From sequence record SRR20825006_493: 43,474 nucleotides of DNA; one strand, written 5' to 3'. How positions within the stretch are numbered: position 1 is the first letter of the stretch; every line of letters starts with the position of its first letter. Below, one piece after another: positions 12,370 through 21,028 of this stretch. The notes under the pieces are model-generated. The model was not told the origin of the DNA, made no database searches, and was given only the letters and a program-made list of their open reading frames with translations. The translations under genes were made by a program, and so were the position numbers.

Positions 12370-13743
12370 CTAATCTATGGTATATGCAATAGCTTTTTTA
12401 TTAACGATAAGTAGGTTTGCCAATCCGGCTAAAATCAAGCAAATTCCAGCAACAATCATGGAATAAATAGTTTCTTCTCCTATTAATTTATAGGCATAAT
12501 TTATACCTCCTATTGCAGCTATTATCTGCGGAAGCACAATAAACATATTAAAGAGTCCCATGTAAACGCCCATCTTATTAGCATCGATAGAACTGGATAA
12601 CATAGCATAAGGCATGGAAAGTATGCTTCCCCATGCAATTCCAATTAATATAAAACTGATATATAAATAAGAAGGATCAGGAACATAATACATAGATATA
12701 AATCCAATCCCTCCTAAAATCAAGGAAGCCATATGGGTGTATTTACGGTTTACACGCTTTCTGGAGGCATAAAAAGTTAGCAACAAAGCAAAAACCATGG
12801 AAGAAAGTCCGTAAACCCCCATTGCAGAACCTACATTATCTGAGGCATCTTGATATTTTTTATTGGCAACATTAAAGGCTGTTTGCTGTGCTACCTCTTG
12901 AAAATTAAAAGCTGTTTCTACAGGAGCTGGTGCGTTATAAACATGCTCGGTAAGAGCTGGCATTGCAAGGCTCCACATGGTAAAAAATGCAAACCAGCTA
13001 AAAAACTGAATCACTCCTAACTTAATCATCGTAGGAGGCATATTACCAATATTTTCAATAATATCTCTTACAAAATGCCCTTTTGTTTCAGCTTTCATTT
13101 TGTTAAAAGCCTCCATGTCTTCCGGCGGATATTCGTCCGTAGTAAAAATGGTATAAAGAATACTGGTTATAAAAACAAGAGCTCCAATAGCAAAGGCTAT
13201 TTTAACCGACATAGGGACTATTCCTGGTGCGGCTTCATTGCTTACTCCTAAGTAATTAACCAACCATGGCAAATTACTAGCCACCCAAGTACCAATACCT
13301 ATAATAAGTGTTTGCACAACAAAACCATATGAACGTTGCGACTCATGCAATTTATCGGCAACGAGCGCTCTAAAAGGTTCCATACTTACATTAATGGAAG
13401 CATCTAAAACCCATAGGAGACCTGCTGCAACCCATAATGCTGGAGAATGAGGTACTATAAATAAGGCTATAGAACTTAAAATAGCTCCAATAAGAAAATA
13501 GGGTCGGCGTCTACCTAGTTTGGAATGCCAAGTTTTATCACTTAAATAACCTATAATGGGTTGAATTAACAAACCTGTGAGGGGAGCTGCAATCCATAGA
13601 AGAGGAATATTGTCTTTTTCAGCACCGAGTGTCTGAAAAATACGAGACATAAACCCTCCTTGAAGAGCAAAACCAAATTGAATTCCTAGAAAACCGAAAC
13701 TCATGTTCCAGATTTCCCAGAAACCTAAAATACGCTTTTTCAT
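12370..13743 (-). CDS. MFS sugar permease (maltose/maltodextrin, SLC45/MalT-like)
   Basis: WNMSFGFLGIQFGFALQ, GRRRPYFLIGA, DASINVSMEPFRA, QFFSWFAFF, GIAWGSILSMPY; about 12 TM segments; context next to pgmB/GH65. Confidence 0.9.
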   Translation of the reverse strand: MKKRILGFWEIWNMSFGFLGIQFGFALQGGFMSRIFQTLGAEKDNIPLLWIAAPLTGLLIQPIIGYLSDKTWHSKLGRRRPYFLIGAILSSIALFIVPHSPALWVAAGLLWVLDASINVSMEPFRALVADKLHESQRSYGFVVQTLIIGIGTWVASNLPWLVNYLGVSNEAAPGIVPMSVKIAFAIGALVFITSILYTIFTTDEYPPEDMEAFNKMKAETKGHFVRDIIENIGNMPPTMIKLGVIQFFSWFAFFTMWSLAMPALTEHVYNAPAPVETAFNFQEVAQQTAFNVANKKYQDASDNVGSAMGVYGLSSMVFALLLTFYASRKRVNRKYTHMASLILGGIGFISMYYVPDPSYLYISFILIGIAWGSILSMPYAMLSSSIDANKMGVYMGLFNMFIVLPQIIAAIGGINYAYKLIGEETIYSMIVAGICLILAGLANLLIVNKKAIAYTID

Positions 13744-13806
13744 TATCGTAATGTGTTAGTTTATTATACGATAAGCGCTATGACTTATCAAAGCTTAATT
13801 TAAATT

Positions 13807-13823
13807 GAGAAGTAAAAATATAA
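13807..13823 (+). repeat. 17-bp direct repeat GAGAAGTAAAAATATAA, copy 1 (upstream of the MFS gene)
   Basis: Identical to 15190-15206. Confidence 0.85.
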
Positions 13824-13904
13824 ACTTTGACGGCTGCAAGATAGTATTTTAGCAGATAAGAAACTAATAGTCTTACTATTAAACTTTAACAACTACGAAA
13901 ACTA

Positions 13905-14927
13905 CTAGATAGGTTTCGTAGATTCTCGTTCTAGAATAGAGGTTTTTATAACCTCTGTTTTGAAACTCGATTCATCATCATTTGTTTCAAGTCGGTCGAT
14001 TAACATTTTAGCTGCTTTTTCTCCCATTTCAAAACCATGCTGAATAACAGTGGTAAGAGTTGGGTAAGAATATTTAGATAAAATTCCGTCGCTAAAACCT
14101 ATAAAACTCATTTCTTGAGGAATCTTAAATCCGCGGTTATGCGCTTCTCTCATTGCTACCACGGCATATAATTCGTTCACCCCAAATACAGCATCAAATT
14201 TTTCAGTATCAAAAAGATGCTTCACTTTTTCGTCTAATTCTTCTACTTTATCAACCTTTACAATTAAATTTTCATCTAATTCAATTCCAGCATCATAAAG
14301 TGCATTTACATAGCCTTGCGTACGGAGTTTCCCTATAGAAATATAATCGGCTGTAGTAATTAAAGCAATACGTTGACAACCCGAATAAATTAAATGTTGA
14401 ATGGCATTATAAGAAGCTCGGGCATCGTCTATTATAATTTTATCACAATAAATTTCGTCGGAAGTTCTATCAAACATCACTAAAGGCATTCCTTGATTAA
14501 TTACTTCCCGTAAGTGATGAAAATCCTTCTTTAAGAGGGTTTCTTTTGAAAGTGATAATAAAAACCCATCTATTTGTCCATTAGCCATCGTTTCCATATT
14601 AATCACTTCTTTATCAAAAGATTCGTTAGACAAACAAACAATTACATTATAACCGAGCTCATTTGCCTTCTTTTCGATTCCACTAATAATTAACGTAAAA
14701 AAATGATGGACAATTTCAGGAATAATTACTGCTATATTCTTAGTTTTTTTGTTCTTAAGACTCAGCGCAATATTGTTAGGTTTGTAATTATAGAGTTTGG
14801 CAAAAGCTTGTACTTTCTCAATAGTATCTTTACTAATTTCAGAGCTATTACTCATTGCTTTAGACACTGTAGAAATAGAAACATCTAGCTCTCTAGCAAT
14901 CTCTTTAATTGTAATTTTTTTCTTCAT
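13905..14927 (-). CDS. LacI-family transcriptional regulator of the alpha-glucan locus
   Basis: ITIKEIARELDVSISTVSKAM HTH, YKPNNIALSL hinge, sugar-binding domain ..IGFSD..YPTLTTV; start 14927 preferred over 14972 because a TAnnTTTG element lies inside the extension. Confidence 0.93.
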   Translation of the reverse strand: MKKKITIKEIARELDVSISTVSKAMSNSSEISKDTIEKVQAFAKLYNYKPNNIALSLKNKKTKNIAVIIPEIVHHFFTLIISGIEKKANELGYNVIVCLSNESFDKEVINMETMANGQIDGFLLSLSKETLLKKDFHHLREVINQGMPLVMFDRTSDEIYCDKIIIDDARASYNAIQHLIYSGCQRIALITTADYISIGKLRTQGYVNALYDAGIELDENLIVKVDKVEELDEKVKHLFDTEKFDAVFGVNELYAVVAMREAHNRGFKIPQEMSFIGFSDGILSKYSYPTLTTVIQHGFEMGEKAAKMLIDRLETNDDESSFKTEVIKTSILERESTKPI

Positions 14928-14957
14928 TATATAGCAGAAATTAGATTTTAATATATG

Positions 14958-14965
14958 CAAAAATA
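14958..14965 (-). promoter_or_regulatory. -7 promoter element (TATTTTTG) for the LacI gene
   Basis: Exact TAnnTTTG 30 nt upstream of the ATG at 14927. Confidence 0.55.
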
Positions 14966-15114
14966 CATACAATAATTGCTCTTTTCCAATTTAAGCACAG
15001 AATTCTGCTTTTATGAAAAATTAAACTATTCACAATAATCCACTTCATTTATTATGAATAGTAAAATTAAAGTCTATGAATAGAGCTTTCTGTTAAAAAA
15101 TAAAAAGTTCTCAA

Positions 15115-15132
15115 CACTAAAACGTTTTCGTG
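15115..15132. promoter_or_regulatory. Probable LacI operator CACTAAAACGTTTTCGTG
   Basis: 18-bp palindrome with one mismatched pair and a central CG, the typical LacI-family architecture; lies between lacI and susC; weaker AACGTTTTC copy at 15151-15159. Confidence 0.75.
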
Positions 15133-15189
15133 ACCCTTCAAACGAACTCCAACGTTTTCTTTACTCAAATTTTACATAGTTTTAACGCC

Positions 15190-15206
15190 GAGAAGTAAAA
15201 ATATAA
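15190..15206 (+). repeat. 17-bp direct repeat GAGAAGTAAAAATATAA, copy 2 (upstream of susC)
   Basis: Identical to 13807-13823. Confidence 0.85.
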
Positions 15207-15240
15207 GCTAACAATTATCAAAACTATTTTACAATTTCTT

Positions 15241-18147
15241 ATGAAAATAATTAAAAAAATAAGCCTACTAATGTTCCTAATACCGGTATGCATTTTTGCG
15301 CAACAATCGGTTAGTGGAGTTGTTACAGACGCTTCAACAAATACCCCAATTCCAGGTGTAAATGTTGTAATAAAAGGAACAACTACAGGAACAACTACAG
15401 ATTTTGATGGTCAGTTTACCATTAATGCTGAAAATGGCACAGTTATTCAATTTTCTTATATCGGTTTTAATACACAAGAAAAGCCTGTAACGGGAGCAAC
15501 TATGAATGTTGTACTAACAGAAGATACCCAACAACTAGACGAAGTTGTAGTTATTGGGTATGGTTCCGTAAAGAAAAAAGATGCTACTGGAGCTGTTGAC
15601 CAAGTTTCTACGGAAGATTTTAACCAAGGACCTGTTTTAAATGCAGGGCAATTAATTACAGGTAAAATTGCCGGGGTATCTGTTACTTCTGGTGGTGGAG
15701 CCCCTGGTGAAGGTCAGAATATTGTAATTCGTGGACAAGGATCTTTATCGCTCAACAGTTCGCCTTTATACGTAATAGATGGGGTTCCAATTGCAGATAG
15801 TGGCGTTGGAGGTGCTAGAAGTCCGCTAAACTTTATCAACCCTAATGATATTGAAAGTATGACGGTTCTTAAAGATGCATCGTCTACGGCAATTTATGGA
15901 GCTAGAGCTGCCAATGGAGTAATTATGATTACTACCAAAAAAGGAAAAGGCAACGATTTTAAATTTAGCTATTCTGGTTCTACAACCCTTTATACCCCTA
16001 CAAATTATGTAGATGTTATGGATGCCAATGAGTTTAGAACTCTCGTAAATGAAGTAGGAAGTGCAGATGCAATTAGTCGTTTAGGAGCTAGCAACACAAA
16101 CTGGCAAGATCAAATCTATGGCGATGCTTTTGGATTTGAACACAACCTTAGTACCACAGGAAATATTGCTGGCTTTATGCCCGTAAGAGCTTCTATTGGG
16201 TATACCGACCAAGATGGTGTTTTACAAGGGGATAACTTTGCTAGAACTACAGCATCTATTAATCTACGTCCATCTTTTTTAGATAATCATTTAAAAGTTG
16301 AGTTAAATGGACGCGGTTCTTATACCGAAAACAAGTTTGCCAATAGGGATGCAATTGGGACGTCTGTAGATTTTGACCCAACACAAGCTATTTATGACGA
16401 AAACTCTCCTTTTGGCGGTTACTTTACTTGGCTAAACAACGATAATGTTCAAAATAGTTTAGCACCAACAAACCCTGTTGCCTTAGTTAATTTAAAAGAT
16501 GATACTGCGGAAGTAAGAAGATTTATTGGAAATGCTAAAGTTGACTATAAACTTCATTTCTTTCCAGATTTAACAGCTACTGTAAATGTAGGATTGGACA
16601 AAAGTAATAGTCACGGAAGAACAATAGTTTCAGATCAAATGCCTTCTTCTCAATTAGACTGGAACGGATCTTTTTCTAATTACACAAACGAAGCTACCAA
16701 TAAATTATTCGACGCTTACGCTACTTATTCAAAAGAAATTGATGTTCATTCCATAACTGCTGTAGCTGGATATTCTTATCAGAGTTTTGAAAATGATAAT
16801 TACAGTTTCGATAGTGAGGCAGAAGAAGAAGGAAACAACCCTATTAGAATTGATAAATGGAGAAGTGTTTTACTTTCTTACTTTGGAAGATTTAATTACA
16901 ACTTCGACAACAGATATTTAGTTACTGCAACTTTAAGAGCAGATGCTTCTTCTAAATTAAATCCAAACGACCGTTGGGGATATTTTCCTTCTGTAGCAGT
17001 AGCTTGGAATTTAAACAACGAAAGTTTCTTAGAAGATTCAGAAGTAATAAACCAATTAAAATTAAGAGTTGGATATGGTGAAATTGGAAATGTAAATGGT
17101 TTAGGAGATTATAATTTCCTAACTAAATATACAGCCAGTAGAACCAATGCAAATTACCAATTAGGAGATGGCTTTTACCAAACCTATAGACCAGAAGAAT
17201 ATAATGAAAACTTACGATGGGAAGTTGGTAAAACGCTCAATGTAGGAGTAGATTACGGATTTTTTAACAATAGAATCTCTGGTTCTGTAAATGCTTATTT
17301 AAAGAAAACAGAAGACTTAATAAGTTTTGTAACTGTAGACCCATTTACAAATTTCTCTAACGGTATCGACAAAAATATTGGAGATATGGAGAACAAAGGA
17401 ATTGAGTTTGAATTAAATGTTGTCCCAGTACAAACCGATACTTTTAATTGGAGTATTGGTTACAATATTTCTGTTAATAGCAATGAAATTACCAATCTTC
17501 CAGATCAAGTAGAAGTAGGAGGAATTAATGGTGGAACTGGTAATAATATTCAGCTACATAAAGAAGGATATTCTCCTTTTAGCTATTGGGTATACAAACA
17601 AGTCTATAATGAAGCTGGAGCTCCAATTGAAGGTGCTTATGTAGATAGAAATGGTGATAACCAAATAAACGACGACGACCGTTATTTATACAAAGACCCT
17701 TATGCAGATGTTATTATGGGTTTAAACACCAATTTAAACTACAAAAATTGGGATTTAGCGGTGGTTACAAGAGCAAATATTGGAAACTATGCCTATAACA
17801 ATATGGCCTCTAGTAAAAGCTATGAATTAAGGGCTACTGAAAATAGCATTCTTACTAATTTACATAGAGATTACTTTAATTCTAGATTCCAATCAATTAC
17901 GGAAACTAATTTACAAAGCGATTATTACATCCAAGATGCTTCCTTTATTAAAATTGACAATATCACTTTAGGATACACTTTACAAGATGCTATTCCAAAC
18001 ACAAGTTTACGTTTTTACGGTTCCGTACAAAATGTAGCCACTTTTACAGATTATGACGGACTAGACCCTGAAATTGGTGGAGGTATCGACAACAACTTCT
18101 ACCCAAGACCTAGATCTTTTGTATTTGGTGTTAATCTTAATTTTTAA
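15241..18147 (+). CDS. susC: SusC/RagA TonB-dependent transporter (alpha-glucan PUL)
   Basis: Signal peptide; LDEVVVIGYG, PLYVIDGVP, NPNDIESMTVLKDASSTAIYGARAANGVIMITTKKG; C-terminal YPRPRSFVFGVNLNF. Confidence 0.96.
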   Translation: MKIIKKISLLMFLIPVCIFAQQSVSGVVTDASTNTPIPGVNVVIKGTTTGTTTDFDGQFTINAENGTVIQFSYIGFNTQEKPVTGATMNVVLTEDTQQLDEVVVIGYGSVKKKDATGAVDQVSTEDFNQGPVLNAGQLITGKIAGVSVTSGGGAPGEGQNIVIRGQGSLSLNSSPLYVIDGVPIADSGVGGARSPLNFINPNDIESMTVLKDASSTAIYGARAANGVIMITTKKGKGNDFKFSYSGSTTLYTPTNYVDVMDANEFRTLVNEVGSADAISRLGASNTNWQDQIYGDAFGFEHNLSTTGNIAGFMPVRASIGYTDQDGVLQGDNFARTTASINLRPSFLDNHLKVELNGRGSYTENKFANRDAIGTSVDFDPTQAIYDENSPFGGYFTWLNNDNVQNSLAPTNPVALVNLKDDTAEVRRFIGNAKVDYKLHFFPDLTATVNVGLDKSNSHGRTIVSDQMPSSQLDWNGSFSNYTNEATNKLFDAYATYSKEIDVHSITAVAGYSYQSFENDNYSFDSEAEEEGNNPIRIDKWRSVLLSYFGRFNYNFDNRYLVTATLRADASSKLNPNDRWGYFPSVAVAWNLNNESFLEDSEVINQLKLRVGYGEIGNVNGLGDYNFLTKYTASRTNANYQLGDGFYQTYRPEEYNENLRWEVGKTLNVGVDYGFFNNRISGSVNAYLKKTEDLISFVTVDPFTNFSNGIDKNIGDMENKGIEFELNVVPVQTDTFNWSIGYNISVNSNEITNLPDQVEVGGINGGTGNNIQLHKEGYSPFSYWVYKQVYNEAGAPIEGAYVDRNGDNQINDDDRYLYKDPYADVIMGLNTNLNYKNWDLAVVTRANIGNYAYNNMASSKSYELRATENSILTNLHRDYFNSRFQSITETNLQSDYYIQDASFIKIDNITLGYTLQDAIPNTSLRFYGSVQNVATFTDYDGLDPEIGGGIDNNFYPRPRSFVFGVNLNF

Positions 18148-18159
18148 TCAGAATTTACA

Positions 18160-19785
18160 ATGAAAAACACATATAAATTACTCATCGCATTATTGGCAAC
18201 TGGAACCATTATGGTTTCTTGTCACGACGACCTTGATCAAACTCCTATCGATCCAGATAGTTTTACAGAGCAAGATGTTTTTGCTAATGCAGACGAAGCA
18301 AAAGGGGCACTAGCCAAACTATATGCTAGTTTAGCCCTAACTGGGCAAGAAGGTCCTGCTGGAGATGCAGATATTACAGGTATAGACGAAGGTACTTCTC
18401 AGTACACAAGAATGCTTTTTAGTTTAAACGAATTAACTACAGACAATGCCGTTGTAGGTTGGGGAGATCCTGGTTTACCAAATTTACACGCCATGAGCTG
18501 GAATGCAAGCAACGACTTTGCTACGGCAATGTACTATCGTTTGGCGCAAGAGGTTTCTTTTTGTAATTCTTTTATTGAAAAAGCTACTCCGCTAAACGAT
18601 ACTCCAGAAGTTACTTCTTTTATTGCTGAAGCAAGATTTCTTAGAGCTTTTGCCTATTACAATTTAATAGATTTTTATAGTGATGTTCCGCTGGTTACAG
18701 TTGTTTCTACCGATTTACCAGAACAAAACACAAGAGCTGATATTTTCAGTTTTATTGAATCAGAATTAACAGAAATAGAAACTTCTCTTAAAGAAAGTGG
18801 CGCTAATGAATATGGACGCGTAGATCGAGTTGCTGCTTGGGCTTTATTGTCAAAACTTTATTTAAATGCCGAAACCTGGATTGGAGAAGCTAAGTATACA
18901 GAAGCAATTACTTATTCAAACAAAGCTATAAATTCTACTTATGCTTTAAACACAACAGATGCCAATGGAAATGGCTCTGCCTATGATGAACTTTTCTTAG
19001 CCGACAACGATTCTAATGGAGCACAAAATGAATTTATTTTTGCACTGAATTTCGACGGAAATCAATCAAGAACCTATGGAGGTACTACCTTTTTAGTACA
19101 CGCAGCTGTTGGTGGTTCTATGGAGCCTGCAGAGTTTGGTGTTAATGGCGGTTGGGCTGGCCTACGTACTACAAAATCTTTAGTTGAAAAATTCCAAACC
19201 TCAATTACAAATTCTGACGACGATGGAAATCCAATTGAGTGGGCAGACTCTAGAGCAATGTTCTACACCGATGGACAGTCGTACGAAATTAACACTATTG
19301 CTAATACTTTCACAGACGGTTATGCAATTACTAAATTCAAAAATATCGACTCTCAAGGAAATGCTGGGAGTGATGAAGGAGGAGATTTTGTAGACACCGA
19401 CCTCCCAATTATTAGAGTTGCCGAAATCTATTTAAACTACGCAGAGGCTGTTGTTAGAGGCGGATCTGGAGGCGATTTAAATACGGCTACAAATTATATC
19501 AATCAAATTAGAGCACGTGCTTTTGGAAATAATTCTAACAATGTTTCTAGTAGCAATTTAACCCTTGATTTTCTTCTAGATGAAAGAGCTAGAGAATTAT
19601 ACTGGGAAGGTCAACGTAGAACCGATTTAGTTCGTTTTGGATATTTTACTTCAGGAAGCTACCTATGGCCATTTAAAGGTGGTGCAAAAAATGGAACTGG
19701 TGTAGAAGACTACAGAAACTTATTCCCATTACCTAGTAATATTGTTTTAATCAATACAAACCTAACTCAAAACCCTGGTTACTAA
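18160..19785 (+). CDS. susD: SusD/RagB glycan-binding lipoprotein (starch SusD-like)
   Basis: Lipobox MVSC; GPAGDADITGIDEG, EARFLRA, GGWAGLR, RVAEIYLNYAEA, LDERARELYWEGQRRTDLVRFG, NLTQNPGY. Confidence 0.95.
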   Translation: MKNTYKLLIALLATGTIMVSCHDDLDQTPIDPDSFTEQDVFANADEAKGALAKLYASLALTGQEGPAGDADITGIDEGTSQYTRMLFSLNELTTDNAVVGWGDPGLPNLHAMSWNASNDFATAMYYRLAQEVSFCNSFIEKATPLNDTPEVTSFIAEARFLRAFAYYNLIDFYSDVPLVTVVSTDLPEQNTRADIFSFIESELTEIETSLKESGANEYGRVDRVAAWALLSKLYLNAETWIGEAKYTEAITYSNKAINSTYALNTTDANGNGSAYDELFLADNDSNGAQNEFIFALNFDGNQSRTYGGTTFLVHAAVGGSMEPAEFGVNGGWAGLRTTKSLVEKFQTSITNSDDDGNPIEWADSRAMFYTDGQSYEINTIANTFTDGYAITKFKNIDSQGNAGSDEGGDFVDTDLPIIRVAEIYLNYAEAVVRGGSGGDLNTATNYINQIRARAFGNNSNNVSSSNLTLDFLLDERARELYWEGQRRTDLVRFGYFTSGSYLWPFKGGAKNGTGVEDYRNLFPLPSNIVLINTNLTQNPGY

Positions 19786-19888
19786 CCTAAACTAATTAAG
19801 ATGAAACATTTATGATTAATTCTATACACACCGCAAAATGATTTTATAAATGTTCCATTTGACCGTTAAAAACAATAAATATAAACAG

Positions 19889-20953
19889 ATGAAAAAAATA
19901 TCACTTTTACTACTTGCTTTTATAGCAACTTTAAGTTTTAATGCTTGTTCTGATGATGACGAATTCACTTTCGTGGCAAAGCCTGACCCAGAAGGTATTG
20001 CATTTGAAAATACGGTGTTAGACTCCTACCCTCTTGAAGCGTCAAATGGTGACAATCTAGCAGAAAGATTTGTATGGAATGCTGTTGATTTTGGAGTCTC
20101 AACTCCAGTTTTTTATGAACTACAAGCTTCTACAACTACAGATTTTGAAGGAATTACTGTATTGGGAAGTAATCTAAGCGAAACAAATTACGGGGTTACA
20201 GTAACTAATATGTTAAGCTTGGCAGAAGAAGCAGGACTAGATAATGATCCTGAAACGGAAGCTCCTAATACAGGAACCCTATACTTTAAAGTTAGAGCGT
20301 ATGTTGGGAGTAATGGCGGGAATACTGTTGAGCAATTTTCCGATTCTCTACCTATTAATGTTGAATTAGTAGAAAATACAGAGGAAGTAGAAAGCATTGT
20401 TACCACCTGGGGATTAGTAGGAGATGCAACGCCAAATGGATGGGATGGTCCAGACGTCTCTTTTGTTAAAACCGAGGATCCAGATGTAATTATTGCGTAT
20501 GCTAACCTTATAGAAGGTGAAATTAAAATAAGAGAAAACAACGATTGGGCTCTTAATTATGGAGATACAGGAGCAGATGGAACACTAGAAGAAGGAGGAG
20601 ATAATATCCAAGTAGAAGCTGGTTCTTACAAAGTGACCTTCAACACAAAAGAACTTACCTACACAATAGAACCTTTTACATGGGGATTAGTAGGTTCTGC
20701 AACTCCAAATGGCTGGGATGGACCAGATGCTGCATTGACTTACGACCCAGCTACCGATTCTTGGTCTGCAACAGTTACACTTGTAGACGGCGAAATGAAA
20801 TTCCGTCAAAACAACGAATGGGTGGTTGATTACGGAGACACAGGTGCAGATGGAATGCTAGAACAAGGTGGAGATAACATTGCAGTTAGCGGAGGAAGCT
20901 ATAATGTAACTGTAAGTTTTACAAAGTTAACCTATACTTTGGAAGCTCAATAA
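19889..20953 (+). CDS. SusE/SusF-like starch-binding outer-membrane lipoprotein
   Basis: Lipobox FNAC from the ATG at 19889 (ORF track 19850); N-terminal SusE-type domain plus two 91-aa repeats (TWGLVG.ATPNGWDGPD..YGDTGADG.LE.GGDNI) at 20405-20677 and 20678-20950. Confidence 0.9.
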   Translation: MKKISLLLLAFIATLSFNACSDDDEFTFVAKPDPEGIAFENTVLDSYPLEASNGDNLAERFVWNAVDFGVSTPVFYELQASTTTDFEGITVLGSNLSETNYGVTVTNMLSLAEEAGLDNDPETEAPNTGTLYFKVRAYVGSNGGNTVEQFSDSLPINVELVENTEEVESIVTTWGLVGDATPNGWDGPDVSFVKTEDPDVIIAYANLIEGEIKIRENNDWALNYGDTGADGTLEEGGDNIQVEAGSYKVTFNTKELTYTIEPFTWGLVGSATPNGWDGPDAALTYDPATDSWSATVTLVDGEMKFRQNNEWVVDYGDTGADGMLEQGGDNIAVSGGSYNVTVSFTKLTYTLEAQ

Positions 20954-20973
20954 CCTATCTATAAAATTAAAGA

Positions 20974-21004
20974 AAGTCGGAAAACTAGATTCGTTTTCCG
21001 ACTT
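20974..21004 (+). other. 12-bp perfect stem-loop between susE/F and the amylase gene (mRNA stabiliser or partial terminator)
   Basis: AAGTCGGAAAAC / GTTTTCCGACTT with a 7-nt loop and no long U-tract. Confidence 0.75.
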
Positions 21005-21028
21005 AACTTCCATTACTAAAACTAAACC

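Noticed and set aside
19801-19815. Mini-ORF MKHL between susD and susE/F (possible relic of a lost susE start)
   Set aside because: Four codons only, expected by chance in AT-rich DNA, with no further homology visible
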